DNA of 64,000 nt from Pseudomonadota bacterium (GTDB lineage: Archaea; Thermoplasmatota; SW-10-69-26; JACQPN01; JAJPHT01): positions 96,001 through 160,000 of the forward strand of contig JAJPHT010000015.1 of NCBI GenBank assembly GCA_021325135.1, in the 5' to 3' direction. Each line of letters starts with the position of its first letter. Positions within the stretch are counted from its first letter, which is position 1. Position numbers and translations under genes: made by a program. This document shows, one piece after another, positions 28,831 through 38,451 of this stretch. The notes below the pieces were generated by a model. It was given only the letters and a program-made list of their open reading frames with translations. It made no database searches and was not told the DNA's origin.

Positions 28831-28911
28831 CAGGGAGCCTGGCCGCGGGCGCCCGGGCGCCCGACACGCTTAAAGACCCCCTCCCTTTTCGCCGCCCCGA
28901 GAGGCCCGTCC

Positions 28912-30201
28912 ATGGTCTTCGAGTTCAAGCTCCCCGACATCGCCGAGGGCGTGCATGAAGGCGAGATCGTCGCCTGGCACGTCAAGCCCGGACAGGCCGT
29001 GAAGGAGGACCAGGACATGGTCGAGGTCATGACCGACAAGGCGACGGTCATGATCAAGAGCCCCAAGGCCGGCACCATCGCCGAGCTGAAGGCCAAGGAG
29101 GGGCAGACCGTCAAGGTGGGCGACGTCATCATCACCATCAACGCCGGAGGCGCCGCCCCCGCCGCGGCCGCGGCTCCCGCCCCGGCCGCCGCCGAGGAGA
29201 AGACCCTCTTCGACCTGCCCAGCGAGTTCAGCGGCGCCTCGAAGCTCAAGAAGCAGGCCCCCAAGGCGGAGGCCGCCCCCGTGGCGCCCGCCGCGCCCGC
29301 CCCCGTGGCCGCCGCGCGCTCCGCCACCCTCGCCGCGCCCGCCATCCGCTGGGCCGCCCGCGAGAAGGGCGTCGACCTCAACCTCGTCCCCGCCAGCGGC
29401 CCCAACGGCCGCGTCACCACCGCGGACTGGGAGGCGTTCCTGGCGAAGCCCGCAGGCGTCGCCGCGCCCGCCGCGCCCCAGGTCGCCGTCTCCGCGGCCG
29501 ACGAGGTCGTGCCGCTCAAGGGTCTGCGCAAGGCCATCTTCGAGAACATGCAGCGCAGCGAGGCCAACGCCGTCCCTTTCACCTACTGGGACGAGGCCGA
29601 CGTCACCGACCTCGTGAAGCTCCGCAAGGACGCGCAGCAGCTCGCGGCCGCGCAGGGCGTCAAGCTGAGCTATCTCCCCTTCATCGTGAAAGCGTGCGTC
29701 GCGGCGCTCAAGCAGCACCCCGACGTCAACGCGTGGGTCGACGAGCAGAGCCGCAGCCTCGTGCGCAAGAGGGAGTATCACATCGGCATCGCGACCGCCA
29801 CGGAGCGCGGCCTCACCGTCGTCGTCGTGCGCAACGCCGACAAGAAGAGCATCTTCGAGATCGCGCGCGAGATCGACGCGCTCGCCGAGAAGGCGCGCGC
29901 CGGCAAGGCCTCCCGCGAGGAGCTGACGGGCTCCACCTTCACCATCACGAGCCTCGGCAAGGACGGCGGCCTGGGCGCGACGCCGGTCATCAACCACCCC
30001 GAGGTCGCGATCCTGGGCATCCACAAGATCGAGGCGCGCGCCAAGGTCAACGAGGAGCGCGAGGTCGTCGTGCGCGACTGCATGAACGTCTCGGGCAGCT
30101 ACGACCACCGCTGGATCGACGGCCACGTCGCCGCCGCGTTCCAGCAGGTGATCATCCGCCTGCTCAGCCAGCCGAACCTTCTCCTGCTGGGCACCGCCTG
30201 A
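28912..30201 (+). CDS. pdhC: Dihydrolipoamide acyltransferase E2
   Basis: Lipoyl domain VMTDKAT; E3-binding ASGPNGRV; catalytic DHRWIDG. Confidence 0.95.
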   Translation: MVFEFKLPDIAEGVHEGEIVAWHVKPGQAVKEDQDMVEVMTDKATVMIKSPKAGTIAELKAKEGQTVKVGDVIITINAGGAAPAAAAAPAPAAAEEKTLFDLPSEFSGASKLKKQAPKAEAAPVAPAAPAPVAAARSATLAAPAIRWAAREKGVDLNLVPASGPNGRVTTADWEAFLAKPAGVAAPAAPQVAVSAADEVVPLKGLRKAIFENMQRSEANAVPFTYWDEADVTDLVKLRKDAQQLAAAQGVKLSYLPFIVKACVAALKQHPDVNAWVDEQSRSLVRKREYHIGIATATERGLTVVVVRNADKKSIFEIAREIDALAEKARAGKASREELTGSTFTITSLGKDGGLGATPVINHPEVAILGIHKIEARAKVNEEREVVVRDCMNVSGSYDHRWIDGHVAAAFQQVIIRLLSQPNLLLLGTA

Positions 30202-30210
30202 GGGCCCCGC

Positions 30211-30228
30211 CTGCCTGATATCAGGCAG
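30211..30228. terminator. Perfect 18-bp palindrome after E2
   Basis: CTGCCTGATATCAGGCAG. Confidence 0.35.
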
Positions 30229-30418
30229 ACGGCGACTCCCCTCTCCGGCGCGGTGGACCTAGACCATTTGCATCGGGAGCCCCTGGCACACGCGGCCCGC
30301 CGCATCCGGCCCAAGGTCCGGCCCGGCGGGAAAGGTGGTACTAGCGTCAGCCAGCCCCGCTTGGCGGGGCGGCAAGGCGCGCGGCGGGGCCGCGGGACCC
30401 CGCCCGCGTCGGGGGCGC

Positions 30419-33400
30419 CTACGGGGGCCCCAGCGTGAAGAAGATCGTGGCGCCGCGCCCCGGCTCGCCCTTCGCCCACACGCGTCCGCCGTGGCGCTCC
30501 ACGAGGCGCGCGACGGTGGCGAGCCCCAGCCCGGTCCCCTCGTAGGACGAGCCGTGGAGCCGCTGGAAGGGGCGGAAGAGCCTGCCCGCCTGCGCCATGT
30601 CGAACCCCGCGCCGTTGTCCGCGACCCGGTACACGCGCCCCTCCGGCGTCTCCTGGCTGGCGACCTCGATGCGCGGCTTGGGCGTGGCCTTGGTGAACTT
30701 CCACGCGTTCCCCAGCAGGTTGTCCAGCAGGATGCGCATGGCGCGCGGGTCGGCGTCCGCGGGCAGGGGCTCCTCGATGGCGACCTCCACCTCGCGCGAG
30801 GGATCGGCCGCGCGCAGGCGCGCCACGGACTCGCGCGCGATGGAGGCAAGGTCGACGCGCTCGCGGCGGATCTCCTCCTTCTGCGCGCGCGAGAGCCCCA
30901 GCAGGTCCTCGATGATGCCGCCCATGCGTCGCACGTCCGCCCGCAGGCGCGCCAGGGCGTCGCGCCCCTCCGCGTCCAGGAGCTCGGCGCGCTCCTCCAG
31001 CACCTCGGCGTAGGCGTTCACGCCGCGCAGGGGCGCGCGGAGGTCGTGCGACACGGCGGAGCTGAACGCCTCCAGCTCGCGGTTCGCGGCCTCCAGCGCG
31101 CGGGTGCGCTCGCGCACGCGCGCCTCCAGGTCCGACTTCGCCGCGACGCGCTCGGTCACGTCCGTGCACGTGCCGACCCACTCGCGGACGCGCCCGTCGG
31201 GCTCGCGCACGGGCACGGCGCGCAGCGCGAAGACGCGGTAGACGCCGTCGGCGCGCCGGATGCGCGACTCCACGAGGTAGGGCTCGCCGGCCTCCCGCGC
31301 GCGGGCCCAGGCGCGCTTCGCGGCCTCGCGGTCGTCGGGATGGATCGCGTCGAGCCAGCGGCGCCCCGCGATGGCGTCGGGCGTCATCCCCGTGTACGCC
31401 TCCCACTGGCGCGAGTCCATCACGGTCCCGTCGGGGCCCGCCGTCCAGACGATCTGCGCGATGGCCTCCACCAGGGACGCGAAGCGCTCCTTGCTCTCCC
31501 GCAGCGCGCGCATCGACGCGTACACCGCGCGCAAGGCGCCTTCCGCGTCGGCCCGCGCCGCGCGCTCGGAGGCCAGCGCCCTCGCGTTGCGCGCCGCGAG
31601 CGCCGCCCGCTGCGCCAGCTCCGCCGCGAGCCCCTCCGAGCCGCGGCGCGGCTCCTCCAGCGCGAGGCGGCCCAGGGGGGGCGCGGCGATCTCCAGGGCG
31701 CCCTCGGGCGCGCGCTCGCCGTCGCGCAGCAGGCGCGCCCGCTCCGCGAGGGCGGGCGCCGCAAGGTCCAGGAGCGCCGCGCCGATGGCGGCCTCGTCGG
31801 GCGCCTCGCCGAACGCGGCGCCCGCGCGCGCCAGGAGGCTCGCGCGCAGGTCCGCCGCCTGGGCCAGGAGGCGCCGATCGGTCACGTCGTGCGCGATGCT
31901 GATGGTCATCCCCTCGACGGGCGTCGCGCGCACGACGACCCACCGCACCGGGCCGCCGGGCTTCAGGCGGTACGCGTGAAGCCGCTCCACGGGTCGCCGC
32001 TCGCGCTGGGCCTGCGCCACCGCCGTCCGCTCCAGCGCGATGGGCCGCGACTCCTCGTCCAGGACCTCCACGAGCTCGACGATCCGCTGCCCCACGACGC
32101 CCGCGGCCGGAGCGCCCAGGGCCTTGTGCGCGGCGCCGTTGGCGAAGAGGATGCGCCCCTCCTCGTCCAGGGCGAGGATCGAGTCCGCCGCCCCCGAGAG
32201 GATGACGCCCAGCCAGTCGCGCGAGGCCCTCAGCTCGGCCTCGGCGCGGATGCCGTCGTCGGCGTCGATCATGACGCCCAGCCAGCGGCGCTCGCCCTGC
32301 GTCTCGGGAACGGGGACGAAGCGGATCTCGTGCCAGCGGTGCGTGCCGTCGTTCGCGCAGCGCAGCCGGGCGCGCGCCTCCATGACGTCGCCCGCCGCGA
32401 GCGCCTCCGTCCAGCGGTCCAGGAGCCGGTCGCGGTCGCGCGGGTGGACCGCCTCCAGCCACGACCAGCCCAGCGACTCCTCGGGGGAGAGGCCCGTCGT
32501 CGCGCCCCAGCGCGGGCCGAGGTAGACCATGCGCCCCTCGCCGTCGGCCGCGGCCACGATGAGCGGCATGGACTCGGCGAGGATGCGCGCCTCGGAGATG
32601 GAGCGGGCGCGGCCCGCGTCGGGGGAGTCGCGTCCGATCTTGCGCGCCGTCGCCGAGGCGCCCACGAGGCGCCCCTCGCCGTCGCGGATGGGCGACACGG
32701 TGAGGCTGACGTCCAGGACGCGCCCGTCCTTGGTGATGCGCTTGGTGGTCATGTGGTGGATGGCCTCGCCGCGGCGCAGGGCGGCCATGATGCTGCTAAT
32801 CTCGCCCGCGCGCTCGGGTGGCTCCAGGAGGGAGACGTGCCGGCCAATGACCTCCTCGGCCGTGTAGCCGTACATGCGCTCGGCGGCGGCGTTCCAGCTC
32901 ACGACGATGCCGTCCAGCGTCTTGCCCAGGATGGCATCGTCGGAGGACTGCACGATGGCCGCGAGCCACGCGCGCGTCGTCTCCGCGCGCTGGCGGTCGC
33001 GCGCGTCCGCGAACGTGAGCACGGCGCCGCGGGGCTCGTCGTCCCGCAGGATGGGCGCCACGTTCCATTCCACCGCGATGGTGCCCCCCTCGCCGCGGCG
33101 GAAGGAGTCCTCGCGCTCGCGCGCCGCGTCGCCGGCGAGCGCGCGCTCCAGCGGGCAGGAGCCGGAACCCGCGTGCGCGCCGTGGACGAGCTCGTGGAGG
33201 TCGGAGCCGACGATCTCGGCGGCGGGGCGCTGGAGGAGGCGCGACGCGGCGGGGTTGGCGAAGGTGGCCCGGCCGCGGGCGTCGACCGCGCAGACCCCTT
33301 CGCCCAGCGCCCCGAAGACGGCGGAGGACTGCGCGATCCGGTTGAGCGCCTCGGTGGCGAGGACGTTCGCCAGGTAGGGGTCGTGCCCCCGGGAGGCCCC

Positions 33401-33508
33401 GGCCAGCGCCGCGATGACCTCCGCGTCGCTGAGGGTCCGCATCGCCAGGACGGGGTCCTCCGCGCTGGCGACGCGGTCGTAGTACGACGAGAAACGCAGA
33501 TCGCCCAA
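30419..33508 (-). CDS. Cytoplasmic multi-PAS sensor histidine kinase (5 PAS, degenerate GAF, HisKA, HATPase)
   Basis: ELEAFSSAVSHDLRAPL, NLLGNAWKFT, DNGAGF, GTGLGLA. Confidence 0.93.
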   Translation of the reverse strand: MGDLRFSSYYDRVASAEDPVLAMRTLSDAEVIAALAGASRGHDPYLANVLATEALNRIAQSSAVFGALGEGVCAVDARGRATFANPAASRLLQRPAAEIVGSDLHELVHGAHAGSGSCPLERALAGDAAREREDSFRRGEGGTIAVEWNVAPILRDDEPRGAVLTFADARDRQRAETTRAWLAAIVQSSDDAILGKTLDGIVVSWNAAAERMYGYTAEEVIGRHVSLLEPPERAGEISSIMAALRRGEAIHHMTTKRITKDGRVLDVSLTVSPIRDGEGRLVGASATARKIGRDSPDAGRARSISEARILAESMPLIVAAADGEGRMVYLGPRWGATTGLSPEESLGWSWLEAVHPRDRDRLLDRWTEALAAGDVMEARARLRCANDGTHRWHEIRFVPVPETQGERRWLGVMIDADDGIRAEAELRASRDWLGVILSGAADSILALDEEGRILFANGAAHKALGAPAAGVVGQRIVELVEVLDEESRPIALERTAVAQAQRERRPVERLHAYRLKPGGPVRWVVVRATPVEGMTISIAHDVTDRRLLAQAADLRASLLARAGAAFGEAPDEAAIGAALLDLAAPALAERARLLRDGERAPEGALEIAAPPLGRLALEEPRRGSEGLAAELAQRAALAARNARALASERAARADAEGALRAVYASMRALRESKERFASLVEAIAQIVWTAGPDGTVMDSRQWEAYTGMTPDAIAGRRWLDAIHPDDREAAKRAWARAREAGEPYLVESRIRRADGVYRVFALRAVPVREPDGRVREWVGTCTDVTERVAAKSDLEARVRERTRALEAANRELEAFSSAVSHDLRAPLRGVNAYAEVLEERAELLDAEGRDALARLRADVRRMGGIIEDLLGLSRAQKEEIRRERVDLASIARESVARLRAADPSREVEVAIEEPLPADADPRAMRILLDNLLGNAWKFTKATPKPRIEVASQETPEGRVYRVADNGAGFDMAQAGRLFRPFQRLHGSSYEGTGLGLATVARLVERHGGRVWAKGEPGRGATIFFTLGPP

Positions 33509-33592
33509 GCTAGGTCCTTTGCGGTCGCATGGTGCTTAGCGTTGGCCGCAAGCAGCCGCCTCCTGGGGGAGGGGAGCAACCTTTAAGCCAAT

Positions 33593-33610
33593 GTAATACA
33601 GACGTAATAC
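33593..33610 (+). promoter_or_regulatory. Putative RHH operator GTAATAC x2 between TATA-like CTTTAAG and the start codon
   Basis: GTAATAC at 33593 and 33604, each quasi-palindromic. Confidence 0.6.
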
Positions 33611-33612
33611 CG

Positions 33613-33870
33613 ATGACCGACGCGGAGGAGATGGTCGCCTTCCGGCTCCCGGCCCGCGACCGGGCCGCCATCCAGCGGCTCGTGGACGAAGGGCATTTCC
33701 ACAACCGGAGCGACTTCCTGCGCTACGCCATCAAGAGCACGCTGCGCGAGTACGCAGCGCCCGCGCCCCGCGCGCCCGCGCTGCCCGACCTCGAAGGCGT
33801 GAGTCTTCCCGAACCCGCGCCGGCGCGCCGCCCTGCGGCGCCTCGCGCCCGGAAGGGGGTGAACCTGTGA
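33613..33870 (+). CDS. Ribbon-helix-helix (CopG/CdrS-like) regulator
   Basis: MVAFRLP...IQRLVDEGHFHNRSDFLRYAIK. Confidence 0.88.
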   Translation: MTDAEEMVAFRLPARDRAAIQRLVDEGHFHNRSDFLRYAIKSTLREYAAPAPRAPALPDLEGVSLPEPAPARRPAAPRARKGVNL

Positions 33871-34049
33871 CCCAAAGGAAACTCAAGAAGAAGGCCAAGC
33901 AGGAGAAGGGCGCCGAGGTCAAGCTCGACTTGGGCGACACGTTCGAGATCGCCGAGGCCAAGGACAAGGACTTCGACCTCGACCTGGACGCCGCCAAGTT
34001 CCAGGGCAAGAAGGGCCAGGCCGGCACCAGGACAAAGGCCGTCGCCTGA
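33867..34049 (+). CDS. 60-aa charged hypothetical protein
   Basis: GTGA overlap with RHH gene, GGGGTGA RBS, GC-ending codons. Confidence 0.7.
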   Translation: MTQRKLKKKAKQEKGAEVKLDLGDTFEIAEAKDKDFDLDLDAAKFQGKKGQAGTRTKAVA

Positions 34050-34172
34050 TAGCATCTTTCCGGGCCGGGGTCCCCGGCCCGCCTTCCTCTTCTCGGCCAC
34101 CCGCGAGGCGCGGCCCCAGGCGATGGGGATTGCTTTAAGGCTCAGAGAATGGCTTTCGCCCATGGTCGCGCC

Positions 34173-36089
34173 ATGAAGATCTACTCCGGTGGCCCGCTCG
34201 ACGTCCCCAACGAGACGATGGCCCAGATGTTCCACCGCACCGCGCGCAACCACGCGGAGAAGGTGGGCTTCCGCGCCCGGCCCGCGAAGGGGCAGCCCTT
34301 CCAGGACCGCACCTGGCGGGAGACGGAGGCGTTGAGCGACGAGATCGGCAACGCCCTTCTCTCCCTGGGCGTGGCGCCCGGCGAGCGCATCGCGCTCCTG
34401 GCGGAGACGGGCGAGTGGTGGGCGCTCACGGACTTCGCGATCCTCTCCGCGGGCGGCGTCACCGTCACGGTCTACCCCACGCTCACCGCCGAGCAGGTGG
34501 GCTATCTCCTCACCGACTCGGGCGCGACGACGATCTTCGTGGACTCCCAGGCGCAGCTGGACAAGGTCGCGCAGGTCCACGCCAAGGTGCCCAAGCTGCG
34601 CCGCGTCGTCACGTTCGCGACGTGCAACGTGCCCGCGGACCTGGCCAAGGCCACCACCACGCTCGCGCAGTTCCGCGAGGAGGGGCGCGCCTTCGCCAGC
34701 GCGAACCCGGGCAAGCTCGCCGAGCGGATCGCCAAGGGCAAGCCCGAGGAGGTCGCGACCCTCGTCTACACCTCCGGCACGACGGGCGTCCCCAAGGGGG
34801 CCGTGCTCACGCACCGCAACTTCGTCTCCGCCACGCGCGCCGCGCGCAAGCTGCTGGACCTGGACGCGCTCTACGCCAAGCACCCGGGCGCCAACACCAC
34901 CGTGTTCCTCCCCATGGCGCACTGCTACGGGCGCATCCACTGCATGATGGGCGTCGACATGGGCGTCCCCATCGCGTTCAGCGCGCCCGCCACGCTGGTG
35001 GAGGACTTCAAGGCGACCCGGCCCTTCATGGTCGCCAGCGTTCCGCGTCTCTACGAGCGCATGTACGCGCAGATCCTGAAGAACGTGGAGGAGGGCAGCG
35101 GCGCCAAGAAGCGCATCTTCTACATGGCCGCCGACACGGCGCGCGAGTACGGGCACGCGGTGAGCAACGGCGGCTCGGCGGGCTTCGGCCTGCGCGTGCG
35201 GCACGCCCTCTTCGATCGCCTCGTCTACTCCAAGCTGCGCGAGGCGCTGGGCATGACGTACATGGAGGCGTGCACCACGGGCGCCGCCGCCATCCGCCCG
35301 GACCTCCTCTACTTCTTCCAGGGCGTGGGCATCCCCATCCTCGAAGGGTACGGCCTCACGGAGACCTCCGCGCCCAGCAACGTGAACCCGCCGCACAAGT
35401 TCAAGCCCGGCACCGTGGGCCCGCCCTTCCCCGGCATGGAGATGCGCCTTGCGGACGACGGGGAGATCCTCATGCGGGGCCCCAACGTGTTCCAGGGCTA
35501 CTACAACCTGCCCAAGGAGACCGCGGAGGCGTTCACGCCCGACGGCTGGTTCAAGACGGGCGACATCGGCCGCTTCGACGAGGACGGCTACCTCTCCATC
35601 GTGGACCGCAAGAAGGAGCTGGAGGTCCTCAACACGGGCAAGAAGATCGCGCCCGTCATGGTGGAGGAGAAGCTCAAGCTCAGCCCCCTCGTGGGCGAGG
35701 CGCTCCTCGTGGCCACGGACCGCAAGTTCGCCGCCTGCCTCATCCAGCCCAACTTCGACTCCCTGGTGGCGTGGGCCGCCAAGGAGGGCATCCCCTTCGA
35801 CCGCAGCAAGGTCGTGGTGAAGCCCGACCCCACCGGCCAGCCCATGACGTACAGCGTCGGGCGCGACCTCCTGGACGAGCCGCGCGTCAAGGCGCTCTAC
35901 CAGGGCGTCGTGGACGAGACGAACAAGTCCCTGGCGGACTTCGAGCAGGTGCGCTCCTTCGCCCTGGCCGACAACGTCTGGTCCATGGACCGCGACGAGA
36001 TGACCATGACGCTCAAGAAGAAGCGCCGCGTGATCTCCAAGAACTACGCCCCCCTCATCGAGGGGATGTTCGCGGGGCCCGGGGCCTAG
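34173..36089 (+). CDS. Long-chain fatty acid-CoA ligase
   Basis: YTSGTTGVPKG, EGYGLTET, WFKTGDIG, DRKKE. Confidence 0.93.
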   Translation: MKIYSGGPLDVPNETMAQMFHRTARNHAEKVGFRARPAKGQPFQDRTWRETEALSDEIGNALLSLGVAPGERIALLAETGEWWALTDFAILSAGGVTVTVYPTLTAEQVGYLLTDSGATTIFVDSQAQLDKVAQVHAKVPKLRRVVTFATCNVPADLAKATTTLAQFREEGRAFASANPGKLAERIAKGKPEEVATLVYTSGTTGVPKGAVLTHRNFVSATRAARKLLDLDALYAKHPGANTTVFLPMAHCYGRIHCMMGVDMGVPIAFSAPATLVEDFKATRPFMVASVPRLYERMYAQILKNVEEGSGAKKRIFYMAADTAREYGHAVSNGGSAGFGLRVRHALFDRLVYSKLREALGMTYMEACTTGAAAIRPDLLYFFQGVGIPILEGYGLTETSAPSNVNPPHKFKPGTVGPPFPGMEMRLADDGEILMRGPNVFQGYYNLPKETAEAFTPDGWFKTGDIGRFDEDGYLSIVDRKKELEVLNTGKKIAPVMVEEKLKLSPLVGEALLVATDRKFAACLIQPNFDSLVAWAAKEGIPFDRSKVVVKPDPTGQPMTYSVGRDLLDEPRVKALYQGVVDETNKSLADFEQVRSFALADNVWSMDRDEMTMTLKKKRRVISKNYAPLIEGMFAGPGA

Positions 36090-36174
36090 GGTCGCCGCAG
36101 GCCGCCGCGTCTCTTGAACAAGCCCGCCAATAGGATCATATAGCCCCCGACCCACTCGCGCGCTGAGGCTTGTC

Positions 36175-37014
36175 ATGCGGAGCCAGGTCATGGTCTGGGC
36201 CATGTTGGCCGCCATCTCGATCCTGCCCGCCGTCCACGCGGCGGACCCCACGCAGGACCTGGAGGCCGTCGCCCGCGATCTTCCCGCGCAGACCCCTGCC
36301 CCCGTGCAGGAGGGCGTCGCCGCGGCCGAGAACGCGGCCAGCTCCGCCACCGGCGGGGCGGCCCCCGGGCTGCCCCCCGTGACCGAGCCCCTGCGCACCG
36401 TCGCGCCCACCATTCCCGTCTACGCCGTCGCCGGCCTCGCCCTCGCGGGCCTGGGCGCGCTGGCGGGCTCCCTCTTCATGGGCGGCGCGCGCTTCGTCAC
36501 GCCCGCGGAGGTGCTGGAGAACGACGTCCGCGCGGGCATCTACTCCTACCTCAAGCAGAGCGTCGGCGCGAACCTCAAGCAGGTCACCGACGAGCTCCAC
36601 CTCACCACGACCAACGCCATCTGGCACCTCCGCAAGCTGGAGGAGGCCGGGCTCATCCACTCCCGCCGCTTCAACGGCTACAAGGTGTTCTACCCCGCCG
36701 AGGGCGGCATCGAGGCGCGCCGGCTTTCGCTCGGGAAGACCGCGCTGGCCAACGCCAACGCGCAGGAGGTCTTCGAGCACGTGGTCGCCCACCCGGGCAC
36801 CCACCAGCGCGAGATCGCCCGCGCCCTGGGCGTGAACCACGGCACCGTGCGCTGGCACCTCAAGAAGCTCATGGACGCGGAGCTCATCGTCGAGACCCGC
36901 AAGGGCAAGGCCAGCGTCTACGAGCCCACCCCCATGGGCCTCCAGGCGCTCCGCCAGGTCCAGCAGGCCGCGGTGGCACCCGCCCCCGCCCTGGAAGCGG
37001 GCTTCGCCGCCTAA
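36175..37014 (+). CDS. Signal peptide + TM-tethered tandem winged-helix regulator, paralog 1
   Basis: Signal ending AVHA; TM; VLENDVR...AIWHLRKLE; HQREIARALGVNHGTVRWHL. Confidence 0.85.
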   Translation: MRSQVMVWAMLAAISILPAVHAADPTQDLEAVARDLPAQTPAPVQEGVAAAENAASSATGGAAPGLPPVTEPLRTVAPTIPVYAVAGLALAGLGALAGSLFMGGARFVTPAEVLENDVRAGIYSYLKQSVGANLKQVTDELHLTTTNAIWHLRKLEEAGLIHSRRFNGYKVFYPAEGGIEARRLSLGKTALANANAQEVFEHVVAHPGTHQREIARALGVNHGTVRWHLKKLMDAELIVETRKGKASVYEPTPMGLQALRQVQQAAVAPAPALEAGFAA

Positions 37015-37079
37015 AGCGGCCCTGCGCCCCCCGACAACCCCATAAATAGGGGTTCCCCGCCAAGACGACCAGGAGCCCC

Positions 37080-37841
37080 ATGCGCCACGCCTGGCTCGTC
37101 GTCGCGATCCTGTCCATCACGCTTGCGCCCGCCGCGCTCGCCCAGCTCCCGGGGGCGCAGCCCTCGGCCTCGCCCGTCGCGGCGCCCAGCGTGCCCTCCT
37201 CGGGCGGGCTCTTCCCCAACGTCGACCTGAGCACGGGCGTCGTCATCGGCGCGGGCGTCACGCTGGCCATCGCGGCCGCGACGCTCTTCTTCCTGGGCGG
37301 CGCGAAGTTCGTCAACTCGGGCAACGTCCTGGAGAACGACGCGCGCCGGCAGATCTTCGAGCACATCCAGGCCCACCCGGGCATCCACCTGCGCGCCGCC
37401 GCGACGCAGCTGAGCCTCTCCACCACCAACGTCCTCTGGCACCTGCGCAAGCTGGAGGACGCGAACCTCATCACCTCCAAGAAGTTCGAGGGGTACAAGG
37501 TGTTCTACCCCGTCGAGGGCGGCGTCGAGACGAAGCGCAAGGCCATCGCGGCCTCGGTGCTGAAGAACGAGAACGCCGTCGCGATCCTGGAGTACGTCAC
37601 GGCGCACCCCAGCGCGCACCAGCGCGAGATCGCCCGCGCCCTGGGCGTGAACCACGGCACCGTGCGCTGGCACCTCCGCAAGCTGGAGGAGGCCGAGCTG
37701 ATCATGCCCATGAAGCGCGAGCACACGACGCACTACTACGTCTCCGAGCTTGGCCACGCCTCGCTCTCGGGCTTCGCGCAGGCGACGCCGCCCGCGCCCG
37801 CCTCGCCCCCGGCGGCCGAGATCCCCGGCGACGAGCCGTGA
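37080..37841 (+). CDS. Signal peptide + TM-tethered tandem winged-helix regulator, paralog 2
   Basis: Signal ending AALA; TM; VLENDARRQIFEHIQAHPGIH; same second HTH as paralog 1. Confidence 0.85.
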   Translation: MRHAWLVVAILSITLAPAALAQLPGAQPSASPVAAPSVPSSGGLFPNVDLSTGVVIGAGVTLAIAAATLFFLGGAKFVNSGNVLENDARRQIFEHIQAHPGIHLRAAATQLSLSTTNVLWHLRKLEDANLITSKKFEGYKVFYPVEGGVETKRKAIAASVLKNENAVAILEYVTAHPSAHQREIARALGVNHGTVRWHLRKLEEAELIMPMKREHTTHYYVSELGHASLSGFAQATPPAPASPPAAEIPGDEP

Positions 37842-38048
37842 GCGACGAACGAGGACCGGGCCAGCGGGCGCGGACCCGTTCAAGCGCCCGTCTTCGGCGC
37901 GCGTGATATCTTTTCCAGCGCGCACCCCAAGGGCTGCGCGGGGCCCTTGCTGCGGTGAATAGGCTCTGCGTAGAGAGCTTTTTGCACCCTGAGACCTCGT
38001 GCCACGTTGGTCCGGCGCCTTCCCGGCGCTGGCCACGGAGGCAATCGC

Positions 38049-38354
38049 ATGAACAAGATGTACACGGTACTGCTGGGTCTCGCGGCCCTCGCGCTGCTGA
38101 CGCCGGCCCATGCCGACGAGATCTGCTACACCACCTCGCCCTCGACGGCGACGGTCACCGACGTCAACGGCGCCCTGGGCGGCGACGTCTACGTCGACAA
38201 CGACTTCTGCCAGCTGACGACGTGCCAGGGCGGATTCTCCATCTGGATCTACCAGGAGACCAACGGCATCCCCGGCCAGCAGCGCGGCGACGAGGTCGTC
38301 AACGACGTGGCGAACTGCACCGACGGCACCGTGCCGGACACGGACATCGAGTGA
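38049..38354 (+). CDS. Small secreted acidic protein with 4 Cys
   Basis: GGAGG RBS; signal ending AHA; WIYQETNGIPGQQRGD; hairpin and T-tract downstream. Confidence 0.8.
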   Translation: MNKMYTVLLGLAALALLTPAHADEICYTTSPSTATVTDVNGALGGDVYVDNDFCQLTTCQGGFSIWIYQETNGIPGQQRGDEVVNDVANCTDGTVPDTDIE

Positions 38355-38451
38355 ACCTTGGCCGGGGGTCCCCGCCGGGGGCCCCCACCCTGGCTTCTTT
38401 CCTCTCGCGAAAACCGTTATGACAGGGTGCCCTCATGGGCGGCTGACCCCC

